From the NCBI GenBank assembly GCA_043228905.1, contig JBHGNT010000008.1:1550001-1614000 (forward strand): a stretch of 64,000 bases of DNA, given 5' to 3'. The stretch is from Azolla caroliniana. Its lineage: Eukaryota; Plantae; Polypodiophyta. Positions 35,245 through 46,851 of this stretch are shown piece after piece (position 1 is the first letter of the stretch; every line of letters starts with the position of its first letter). The notes beneath the pieces were generated by a model, which did not search any database, was not told the DNA's origin, and saw only the letters and a list, made by a program, of their open reading frames with translations. Position numbers and translations under genes: made by a program.

Positions 35245-37641
35245 ACATGCGTATCCTTCTCCAAACAAATCGGGAGTGGTTCACAGCGCAATTGAAAACG
35301 GCGCTGGACAAAGGATGGATGGCATGGGCAACCCAAGCAGCGGAAATGCACGCGTATCGTGCGGACTAGGAGAACCGGCAAAAAGATGATCGAGGTTTCT
35401 ATAAACTAAATGAGGAGAGCATTGCGGTCGTACGCGAGGACCTAGCACAAGACTATCGTGCGCTAGCAGACCAACATTCTGAAGAACTCATGCAGCTCTT
35501 AGATGATTTTGGTGAAAGCCAGGAGGAGCTATTTCACCAGATCACACAAACCGGCAACATGCGAAAAAATAAGGAATCTAGCGCGATGCCAATTACGGGC
35601 ACGGCCGAAGAAGAGGAACCTCAGGACGGATCACCAGAAAATACAACGACGGTGAACAACGTGGACCGACGAGCGAATTCCCCCACAGTACTAGAGAGCG
35701 AAACCGCTGCCCAAGAGGAGCTCCATCCGCAGGAGCCCACGCTATCATCGGACCACACGGAGAACGGTGCAGGCCAAGCGGAATCGCAGCCCCACTCCCT
35801 AGAACATACAAAGACGGCCGACACCACGAAGGAAGTAACGATTGAGATAGAGCCACAGCCGACCACAAGCACGAGGACGGCGGAGCACAATCCGCTAGTT
35901 CAAGAAGAACCCACCAATACTAGACAACCTACACACGACGACTACGACACCGGGAGAAACCATGCTGACAAAACAGGGGAGCCGCACCACGATGCACCTA
36001 CGGGCCCTACATCGCCTCCGGACGTGGACACCGGAGCAGAGCCAAACATCCAGGCCATTTTGGAAGAAGATTAACGGGATGGGTCCGACGTGCCAGGGCA
36101 CTATCCCACAAGCGTGCTAGGTGTTGTCCGCCGGAATAGTAACCGACGGACAAGAGCGTAGGAATAAGAAATAATATAAGATCATAACGCATGTAACAGT
36201 TCACGCAGGAAGCGTGAACGGCTAAATAGTCCCTGCGTATATAAAGGGCAGAAAACCTCTGATAGAGGGAGCGTGTAATTTTGAATTGTAAAGAAACGTA
36301 TCGTAATAGAATTCTATTTTCTCTGAAAATCTGTGTATAGCTACGACTAATCTACTGTGTGTCTGGAATACCTGAGCGTGTAAGAACGTAAGTGTAACCA
36401 TTGCTAAGGAGTCGGTTGTAGCCGTCTCCCTTATACGCTGATAGGCTATAGGGAACATTCCCCTACGCATTACGCATAGACGCCTATTTGTTGTTCCACA
36501 ACCACTTGAAGGTCTAGGTCGAAGGACTGACCGCAAACCATGTTCCTAATCGGTAACAAAGATGTATGCCTAGTACCGTCGACTTGGTGTCGACTAGTAA
36601 TGAAGGATGTCCGACACGTTCCGGAGGTTCGACTAAACCTAATATCAACAAAGGTTACACAGGTAACATCCGAAACGGCATGATGAAATTAAGCAAAGGA
36701 AGCTTGATCATGGCTCGAGCCCAGAAGACTAGCACACTACATCTGATGCATGTTTGGATATGTCAAGAAGAAGCGAACGTGGCAACTGACACTGTCAAGG
36801 AGCTGTGGCACAAGAGGTTGTGTCACATGAGTGAGAAGGGGATGCAGAGACTTGCCAATGATAACCTCATTACGGAGGTGAAGAACAACGGTGGAGAACA
36901 CCAAGGACAGTTTGACCAATACTGTGAGACGAAGGGAATCTAGCTCGAATACACCGTGCCGAAGACGCCAAAGCTTAATTGGTTGACCGAGAGAATGAAC
37001 CGGACCATCATGGACGAAATGGAGATGTTCCACAAAGGGTGTGAACCGGCAAAGACTTTTCATACCAACACCTAAAGGTGTTGGGTTATCTTGCCTACGC
37101 GCATGTAGCTAAGGATCAAAGGGGAAATTTGGATCCAAAATCTCAACCATACATACTTCTCGGCTATAGTGATGATGAATTTGGTTACCGCCCATGGGAC
37201 CTAACCGACAAGAAGGTCATTAGGAGCCGAGACATAGCCTTCATGAAGGAGAAGACTATTGTCAACTGGGAGAAGGAGTCAAGCACACCCTCCCGAACAG
37301 TCAGAAGTTGACAACCGAATTGGAGAGCTAATCAAATTCGGAGAAGGAGTCGGGCCGGTTGGAGGCGAGTCGGGAGTCGAAGTTGGACACGGAGTCTGAC
37401 ATGACGAAGAAGAAGAACCAACCGACTCCAACCCATATGAAGAACTAGTCGATGGAGAGGAAGAAAATCCTAGCAACCCGATACATGAAATAAGAGGAAG
37501 ATGATATCCTCTAAGAGAAAGAAGGCCCCCTCGAAAGATTTCCGAATAAGGAATATGTGTTGCTAACCGACGAGAGGGAGCCAGAAAGCTGCAAGGAAGC
37601 AAAGAAAGACACCCACAACAGAGAGTGACTAAGGGCCATGC

Positions 37642-37818
37642 ACCAGGTACGACTCGACGCCACGACGGTGGTATGGGACGCCGATCGAGGTTCGAGTCCG
37701 TCTTGATCCCTTTGCTCGGGGGTGGTCGCGTGGATCTGCACCCTTCTCTCTCTCTCCTTTCTTATTTCATATATCTTTTATCCTTATCATATGCTTATGT
37801 TAGATCAAAACTCTAACA
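37642..37818. mobile_element. Short LTR-end fragment inserted in Copia-B RT
   Basis: Interrupts the copia W.RAM..SLQENHTY motif, ends ..CTCTAACA and contains GGTTCGAGTCC. Confidence 0.45.
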
Positions 37819-38192
37819 AATTCCCTACAGGAAAACCATACATATGAGATGGTGGAGTTGTTGGAAGGAAAGAGGTTACTTCGAAACAAGTGGGTGTATA
37901 AGCTGAAGCCGGGAGATGGTGGGAATCGACCTAGATATAAAACCTGAATTGTTAAGGGTTTTCAACAAAAGAAGGGCATAAATGAACTCCATTTGAATAG
38001 TGTTGAGCATAACGGCCATCATAGATCTAGAAGTAGAGTAGATGGATGTCAAGACGGCCTTACTGCACAAACATTTAGAAGAAAAAGTCTATATGCCGCA
38101 ACCGGAAGGATTCTCCGAGAAGGGAAAGGAGAATCTGGTGTGTCGGTTGAGGAAGAGCCTTTATGGACTGAAGCAAGCCCCCTGACAGTGGT

Positions 38193-38710
38193 TGTTATCC
38201 GTGGGACAAAGAGCCAGTAAGTGTGAAACAAATCTAACAAGTAGGTAAGGTAGGAGGAAAATAACTGGCCAAGAATGAAGAAGGTAAACGAAATATACGT
38301 AGCCGAGATTGGAGGCCATAAATGAGGTAAGTAATTGGAGCGCAACCAAGGAAACATGAAGCTATAAAAGACAAGCCAAATTAGTAGGAAAGGGTGCGGG
38401 ATAAAAGAGGGAAGAAGGGAGATCCCCTGTTAAAAACACATTGTATGTCTGTTTCTATTAGAGAGTGAATAGTAATCTCGGCCGTGGGATGTGTAACCAT
38501 TTTATCGTAATCTCATAATATACATGTTTTGGGTCTAATCTATTCATGTCATCAACTATTCCTTTCTATTGTTGGATTTCTGTCCTCGTGTTAAGTGAAA
38601 GTCATAAAGGCTGGTTGTGGCTAGCAATTCTTATACTCGGTCAGGTTGTGTCACTCCTGTGTTCCCATTCCTACCCCGGGGGATCCACTATATTTAAAGA
38701 GGTTGTATCA
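38193..38710 (+). repeat. Possible solo or partial LTR truncating Copia-B
   Basis: Starts TGTT where the copia RT stops, has TATAAAA, and has a candidate end TATCA. No matching TSD seen. Confidence 0.35.
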
Positions 38711-38929
38711 CGTGCATTCAAGATATCTTTTATAAACCCCTTATACATATGTTTCTTCACTATTTTAGAACCCTTTTGTAAAAAAATGATTAATAAAAAT
38801 ACCCCTTATTGTCAATATATATTTTGACAACAACTATTTTAAATACCTTTACATAGAAAAACACATGTATATCCTATAGATGTATATAAATATGCATTGT
38901 ATTATTTGAATGTGTTGGGGCATACTTTA

Positions 38930-39290
38930 TGCATGGTTGTATGTATGTATGTACATGTTATGTGTGTGTATGTATTGTGTTGTATTCCATGTGTATGTAT
39001 TGTATTGTATTGCATGTGTATGTATGTATGTATGTGTTGTGTTGTATTCCATGTTTATGTATTGTATTGTATTGTATTGCATGTGTATGTATACATGTAC
39101 TATATTGTATTCCATGTTTATGTATGTATGTATGTATTGTACTGTATTGCATGTGTTGTATGTATTGTATTATGCCATGTGTCTATGTTCAGTGTGTCTA
39201 TGTATGTATGTATATATGCAAATGTGTGTATATATGTGTTCTATATATGTGCATGTTATATCTATGTGAATGTGTATTCTATACATGTCA
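38930..39290. repeat. Compound (TGTA)n/(TGTAT)n microsatellite
   Basis: Directly visible. A further (TGTA)n run lies at about 39460-39520. Confidence 0.9.
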
Positions 39291-39869
39291 CAATAAAATA
39301 GGTTGGTAGTGATGCCAAAACTCATCACTATTGACATCACTCACATACAATCGTTTTGCAACGTGTTTAATTTTTGTTTTTACTTTTTTAAACAAGTATT
39401 TATTTATTTTGTTCTTCATTTTGTATTTTTTGTTTTTCTTTTGTTTAGAATGTGTTTGTTGTATGTATGTATGTATGTATGTATGTATGTTTGCTTGTTT
39501 GTATGTATATTTGCATGTATGTGAGCATGGAGAGTATGTGCGTCTTCACACCACCTTCATTCAAAGAATATTATCACCTTCAATGCCATCTTCTTTGACA
39601 TGCCTATGTAACATTGCATATATCATGGTTTCATGGAAGTGAAAAACGATCTATCTAATAGAAGATATATCATAACAAGAATATACCATGTGATGTGCAA
39701 GAATAATTCACAACATTCAACTTCAGAAAGAACTTCACTGCATGAAGTTGCTACAATGCCAATACAAACACATACTGAGTTTTTCTCTAAGAAAACTTCA
39801 ACATTTAAGTCCTTAAGTTCCTACAATGCAACCACACACAATACTTTTAACCTTTAAACACCACCTAGA

Positions 39870-41550
39870 CTTTATCCTCGGAGGCCACGTCTTCACCATC
39901 TCAGCGGTGGTGTTACGCCTCGATGCGCTTGGTGCATACCCAATGCTACTTGGTCATCCATGGTTGTACACGACCAACATTAAGCAGCACTGGCAATGGA
40001 ACATCATCTCCTTCCATTGCGGAAAAACTAAAATTCGTGTCATCACGGAGGAACGGATCACGACACCTCTCAACACCAGCCTAGTATATGCTGAAGGAGT
40101 CCACATGCTCGACGGGCTCGTTGACGACGAAATGGACCATTTCGTCGAGGAACACCCCACAATTGTTCTTTGTTTGAAGTCGATGTTCTCACACATACGT
40201 ACCCGAGTTGAACCATATGTACCTGAGTCGGCTACTGACGACAATGCAGTTCCGCAAGATCCTGCCCCAGAGTCAATCAACGAATTACGTCATGCCTGTG
40301 ATACGCTAGATTAGGAATTGGCTATTTCGCAAAGAGTGAAGGCGTCCAAACTCGAAGAAATTAATCTCAGGACCCTCACCGAGCTGCGCACCCTTAAAAT
40401 CGCAAAGGACATGTATACTAGTGAAAGATCAGCCTTGGTCGGGCTGCTGATGGAGTACCACGATGTGTTTGCCTAGTCGTAGAGAGACATGAAGGGGTTG
40501 GTTCCCCAGTACTATCAGCACCAGATCCACCTTCAGAGTGATGCACGACTAGTGCAACAATGCCATGCCACTACCGGATGAATCCTAATTACGCGGCCAA
40601 AGTAAATGAGGAAATTGACAAACTCCTCCAAGTAGGATTCATACGGCCAATAAAACGAGCAACATGGTTAAGCCCTATCGTCGTTGTTCTGAAAAATAAT
40701 GGCCAAATTCGAGTCTGTGTCAATTACCGAAAGCTGAATGTCGCAACTGTTATGGATCCCTTTCCTCTGTCGTTCATCGATGGTGTTCTCAACGTAGTCG
40801 TTGGCCATCAATGCTATAGTTTTTTAGACAGATTCAGCGGTTATAACTAGATCCGAATGCACCCCGAAGACGAAGAGAAAACCGCATTTGTAACCGAATG
40901 GGGCGTGTTTGTAGTAGTTGTCATGATGTTCAGATTAAAGACAACACCGGCCACATTCCAACGAATAATTGCCGATGTTTTCGATGATTACATTCCATCC
41001 TTTATGCAAGTTTTCCTCGATGATTTTGCCATGTACGGCCGGTAGATCGAGCACCTAAGTCACTTACGCCTTTGTCTGGAGCGCTGCCGACAAGCTCGGC
41101 TAAGCCTAAACCCGGCCAAATGCGCCTTACATGTGTCCAACAGAGCCTTGCTTAGCCACCTTGTTAGCCACGAGGGGATTGCTATGAATCCTGACAAGGT
41201 GCAGGCCATCCAGAATGCTCCGGCCCGGCCACAACAGAAGCCCTTAGCCGGTTTTTCGGTCAAATAAGGTGGCATAGTAGAATGTTGCGTTATCTAGCCG
41301 AGTTCGCGACACCCTTGCACGCAGCGGTACATCGAGTTCCGTTTCAATGGACAACAAGAGAAGATGATGCATATCGCTCCTTTAAGGTAATCTCTCCCAT
41401 GCACCGGTGGTAAAACCCCCAAATTGGTCGCAAACGTTCCACATTTTCGTCGACGCATCAAACATGGCCACCGGGAGCGCCCTCATGCAAAAGACGCATC
41501 CGAACTGGTATCACCTTGTCTACTATGCTAGCCGCCAGATCTCGACAACC
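39870..41550 (+). mobile_element. Ty3/gypsy fragment (protease-RT-RNase H) related to Gypsy-B
   Basis: GAYPMLLGHPWL, YRMNPNYAAKV, MQVFLDDF and YYASRQ parallel 23640-25270. No LTRs seen. Confidence 0.87.
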
Positions 41551-43030
41551 GAATCTTTGTTTCTTTTTTGTTAATTCTCTCCTTCTTTGTCTATAGCCAT
41601 AAATAAGGCGAAGGAGAATCTTTGGTTTTATTAATAGCTTAGGGTTCACCATAAATGGTTCACCAAGAAGCAAAAGGGAGGGCAAAATGTGAAAGTGTTT
41701 TTAGAATTCAAGGTATTGAACACTACAAGAATATAAGGTATGGAGCATTCACATTTGGAGGCCAGGAACATGAACCAAGGTCTTAAGGATAAGTCAAACT
41801 AAAAGCAAGAAATGTGGAGAAAAGTAAAAGAAGAAAAAAACAGGCCACCAAAACACAGTCTGAAAGGAACAATCATAACTCTTTCGATCGAAACCCAAAT
41901 ATCATGTTCAAATATCGGTTGCAAAGCTTGTAAAGAGAGCTCTCTGTAGCGTTTTAAATCTCCAAATTTGGAACTCCGTTCAGGGAGATATGATGATTAG
42001 AAGGTTGTTGTGTCATAACTAAAAATAGAACTAATAAAAAACTTCTAAAAAAAGCATGAAAAAGAGAAGAAGAAGATTATAAGAAGTGAGAAGGGGAGAT
42101 AGAAGAAGTGATACCTTTGTAATAAGGATAGGAGAGTAAGCTTGTTGTGATGGTTCTTAGTCTACTTCTTATGGTATTTTATTTCCCATTCATGTAGTGT
42201 GATCATTCATTATCAATAGATCTTTGCGGTTTTGGATCTATATGTCTTCTTTATCTCTTCTTCCTATCATCATCCTTTCAACTACCATGCCAAAAATGGA
42301 TTGATCAAAGGAAAATATTGTTGAGTTTCAACATGGGCCACACATGAACAACAACTTTGTCGGCTTTTGTTGTCTTGGGCTCCTAGAAAATAATACTGGG
42401 TATAGTCTATAGACATGAATGTTTTTATGGTGTCTTGAAAATCATTGTAGTAGCGAATTATATTATGCATGCTTTGATCAGATTTCCCAAGTAGACGAAT
42501 CTTATGCCATATATAGTTTTGCTTTTAACTCTTTGTTAATGCCATTTTTAACAACTCTACTATGCCAAGCATGAAAAACACCAAAATATGTGTTCCTTTT
42601 TTGGCAAACTACATACATTGCCTTCTAAGTTCCAAAAAAATCAATCTCTAATTATACATGATCATAAATCCAGGGCTTTTGTAACATAAGCCTTCTCCAA
42701 GGAAATTTGTGTCCTCCTGTAAGCATATTCACATGGCATCTTTTAAACATCTTTTAATGTAATGTCTATATCTTAAAACTATCCACTATGCTATATATTG
42801 TTTCTTTTGATTCACTCTTAACTACACTCCCATGCTAAACATGGAAAGGAAATATAGTCAGTTGAACAAAAACAAGAATATCACATATAAGTTAATCAGG
42901 CAAACCATTCACAAAACTTGGAGACTAACCATCGATCGTCATAGTGAATCATATTAGAGTTGTTCAACGATCAGATGCTTCCATGGGCAAACATGCGAAC
43001 GGAGAAAGATGCGTAGATACCACTTGGAGG

Positions 43031-43080
43031 TGCATTGGATTGGAATCGAACATGGGTCTATACCACTAGACTACCAATGC
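43031..43080 (-). pseudogene. Second copy of the anticodon-less tRNA-Gly-like pseudogene
   Basis: Minus strand reads GCATTGGTAGTCTAGTGGTATAGACCCATGTTCGATTCCAATCCAATGCA. Confidence 0.62.
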
Positions 43081-43994
43081 ACGCAATATATATTTTGATG
43101 CCTTGACATTGTCAATGCAAATCAACATATGGTTCATACAATCTCAAGGAAGTTGTGGTGTTAAAAATGGGCATGCTTTTAGGGTTTCTAAGCTTGTCCA
43201 ACCTACACATGTCTTTAGGCATCTCATGTAATCATTGAGAGTCGATGGAACCGCAATAGGCGCATTTAACAATGGATGGGTAGCCAAATTCCATACTTGC
43301 CTTCATGGGCACTCTTAAGAAGGTTTAGGGTGGTTATAGACCATCGGCCACCTTGAGAAATCCATCCAAGCCTCTTTTCACTTTTCCATACCACTGAGTA
43401 TGGACATGGATTGTACCTTGGGTTTGAAGGAGGAACACGCGTGTGCACCTAGAGCTTTGATACACTAACATAGTCTCCGTGTAGTAACTCTTGTACCCTT
43501 CACGAAGCTGGCTAGCCTTCTTTTCTAGGATCAAACCCTAGGACCATGTCTATTCACACTTGACTATATCATTGGAAGTGGTTAAGTTATGAAATACTCA
43601 AGGTACTTCTCACCATAGGATTTGAGAATAACTCAATCCTTAACTCTCATTCCTTATGAACCAACCCACACTTTGTAATAATCTTAATGTTAGAGAACTA
43701 GAGTTCATTATACCGTGTGGTTAGTTGTGGTTAGGCTTCTAAAGTGTCAAGAAAGGATCATTGTACAGTCATATTTAACGACCATTATTATCGTAGAATG
43801 CGTGCTTATTCAAGTATATACCTGCTAGCATGATCTTGACATGGATCATGGTTTTGTCCCACTTTGTAAGTAAGAATTGATTAGCAATAAACAAGCTTTA
43901 ATCTATTAAAATCAAGAATTATTGTTGGAATACTTGACATGGAAAAGTGTTGGGAACAGTCAAGTGGCAGAATTTGCCGATAAACGCCGGAGTT

Positions 43995-45152
43995 TTAAGC
44001 ATGATCAGACTGAAATGACTTGATCGGCAAACATGCGAACGGAGAAAGATGCGTAGATATGCCACCATCGACAGTGATAATAGTTCCTGTGATGTATGAG
44101 GCACTTGGCATACACATGAATGCCACTACATGTGCAAACTCGAACAGTTCCGCAAAACGCCGCAATGGAATGCGCTCTTCTAACCCTCCCCTAGCCTCTA
44201 TTGATATCTGAACATAAACAAAAAGAAACACTTTAAAGTCCCAAAAAACAAACATTGATTATGATGAGAAGAATAATTGAAAGATTAGATCAGATAGACT
44301 CTATGATTGTCTTTGGAAGTCATTAAATAATGATGCATGAGAAGGTGAAGGGGATAATACATTCTCAGTTGCAGGCGTTATGGTGTACCCCGGACACTCG
44401 TGCACGCACACACCCACACGTGTGCCCCGAGCCGCGCTAACTCTTCTGCTATCGCAAGCCTGCAGGTTGCAACATACAATTTTAGTCATCAGTAGAGAGA
44501 TCCATTCATTCTGAATGGAGGGATCTGCATATGGAGTTTTGTCAAATTTTTGGCTAATTTGAAGGGAAAAGTGATGGCAAGGGCAGGGATCTGAGAAAAT
44601 ACTCAAGAGATTGAATCATAGACTTCTTGAATCCCAATTTGAAAATGGAGATACAAGTGCAGTTAGGAAAGTCTGTAATCATGTGAATGAAACATTTGGA
44701 TGAGTTCTGTGCTTTTTTTAGCTCCCAATGTGACTGACATAACTCTCAGAAAATAATTATATGTCATGCCATGCAACAAACAAAGGAGCTAGTGTCATCA
44801 GCTAAGCTAGATTTTGACACACAGTTTTTGAGTGATTCATATACCATGTCAGCCATGGCTGCACCCCTTTTTCATACCACAAAATAAAGTTCCCTAATAA
44901 TCCTTGCCATTGTTCTCATCCCTGACTGCCAAATATGTAATCACATTGGATTATTGGATATTAGGTCTTGACGGTCTATATATGTAGTTATGTCGATGGA
45001 TTTGGATCGATCTCATACATGACCGGAAATACATTTAGAGATAAACCCTAAGAGAGATTTTACCCGATGCCTTTGGTGGCTCCGGTCACAAGAGCTGTAC
45101 AGCCCTTTAAGCTCCATGGATCTGTTGGAAAGCTCCTTCCATTTGACGACAT
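43995..45152 (-). pseudogene. Tropinone reductase-like SDR pseudogene
   Basis: Exons 1 (45064-45152) and 5 are retained. Exon 2 is fused out of frame to exon 4 at about 44394, so exon 3 with YxxxK is lost and a TAA follows. Confidence 0.92.
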
Positions 45153-46328
45153 CTCTGTCCAAAAAAGGAGACCTAAATTTGACCAAATGAGAAGGTGGAG
45201 GGGACAGGGACAATCCAATCCCTGTTTGGTTTGCTTTATACAAGACAGGAGTAATTACATCCTTATCACTTTACAAGACAGGAGTGATTAAATAGGACAA
45301 ATTAAAGGAGGGCACGTTCTCCTTAAAAGGGGTATGGATAGGAATTAGTGGTCCAATAAAAGACCATCATACCAACAATAGAACCTAATTTTCGTGTTCG
45401 TGCAAGCATTCAAACGTTTGGAAACGAACACGTCTTAAAAGGGAAAAATACGTGCTCCTTTTTTTTTCTCTTTTTGTTGACGTTTATTGTTGATACAACT
45501 TCAGCTCACCCTAGTGGGTTCAATTCCCAACTTTCTCATTAGTACCATGTCATAGGAAATATTTTTATGTCAGTGCTATACTAGTTTTTTTTTCTCTTTC
45601 TTTTATTATTAGAAGTAAGAATAACATAGTTGTAAGTTGTTGTGCTATTATTACTTTTGTCTTGGGTTCAATTCCCAACTTCCTCACATCCTCTTGTTAG
45701 TGTCATGGCAAATTTTTATGTTAGTGTCATGTTCCTTTTTCTTCTTTTTCTTTCTTTCTTTGTTATTAGAAATTAGGTCACCCTAGTGGTAAGTTGTTAT
45801 GCTATTGCTGCCTATGTCATGGAAAATTTTTATGTTAGTGTTATGTTCCTTTTTTCTTTCTTTGTTATTAGAAATTAGCTCACCCTAGTGGTAAGTTGTT
45901 ATGCTACTACTGCCTATGTCATGTTTTCTTCATATTCTCGAATATACATTTTATGAGTTTTTGAACGTTTGATTATAATTTATAATGACATATTTTGATT
46001 CAATCTCTATAGTTCATACTCATTTTTTTGTAAAGTTCTAAAGTATAGTATAGTATCATACGGTATTGTATAGTATCATACCGTATTATATACTATAGTA
46101 TCATATCATATTATATACTATAGTATCACATCGAATACGTCGCCATCATCTTCACATTCATCCCCATTGTCATCATCCTTCTCGTGGTTGTGCTAGTCGG
46201 GGTTTTTGGACCAATCATGCATTCTCTTTTCGCTCTGTATTGCGTAAACCTCTCTTCGTACTCATCATCCCAATGTTGTTACCTAGTTCACAAGCAATGC
46301 GATCATCGTTTCTTGGTGTCTTGAAATG

Positions 46329-46672
46329 AAAGTGCCTTGCATTATTTCGCGAGGGACACGTGCCAAGGACATACTATGTTTTTACTTTCCCTTTAAATCT
46401 TAACTGCATTACTGAGGAGAGATGGGCTTTTAAGTAGGTGAGCTAATTTCAAGTGGGTCTTAGGTTGGTCGTTGGTGTAAGGCTCACCTCCATTTATAAT
46501 CAAAGTGCCTTGCATTATCTCACGAGGGACATGTGCCAAGGACATACTATATTTTTACGTTCCCTATAAATCTTAAGTGCATTGCTAAGGAGAGATGGGC
46601 TTTTAAGTAGGTGAGCCAATTTCAACTGGGTCTTAGGTTGGTCGTTGGTGTAAGCCGCACTTCCATTTATAA
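46329..46672. repeat. Two-copy tandem repeat, unit about 173 bp
   Basis: AAAGTGCCTTGCATTAT starts at both 46329 and 46502. Confidence 0.88.
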
Positions 46673-46851
46673 AGTTTGGCCACCAACATCATCTTTTTAA
46701 TCTTATGGATCAACATACATAAAGCTACTTATAAGCCAGTTATTTAGGATACTTAAAGAGACTGATTGCTCTAATACATTAAATTATGAGTGTTCCATGA
46801 ATCCAACATTTCTATGCATGTGTGATGAAATGTTGGAATTTTTAATGTATG

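Larger units (their letters stand above)
27874..36074 (+). pseudogene. Extra 3' ORF of Gypsy-B (Pro-rich, coiled-coil-like, acidic tail), about 754 codons after removing 29310-35248
   Basis: ORFs 27787, 28465 and 35490 join in one frame once element no.2 and its 4-bp TSD are excised. Several premature stops remain. Confidence 0.7.
17999..36558 (+). mobile_element. Non-chromovirus Ty3/gypsy (Gypsy-B); truncated 5' LTR about 17999-18080, 3' LTR 36122-36558; carries three nested insertions
   Basis: About 80 nt of LTR start are shared by 17999 and 36122. TSD GAGAT/AAGAT. gag zinc knuckles at 18920-19540, protease (IDGGSGVN) at 23485, then RT, RH, INT and an extra 3' ORF. Confidence 0.88.
16810..38192 (+). 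mobile_element. Heavily deleted Ty1/copia (Copia-B, Tnt1-like), host of Gypsy-B
   Basis: LTR-like start TGTTGAG at 16810 with a GGGTTTTCCACGT motif. gag (VKSSLLNEKARRK plus zinc knuckle) at 17430-17990. LWHKRLCHMSEKG, integrase and RT remnants at 36559-38192. Confidence 0.8.
41688..45381 (+). repeat. Segmental duplication, copy 2
   Basis: Colinear with 5445-10017 except for small indels and an 855-bp deletion. Confidence 0.92.

Noticed and set aside
38897-39642. Several overlapping Cys/Tyr/Met-rich ORFs
   Set aside because: They arise from (TGTA)n microsatellites that lack stop codons.
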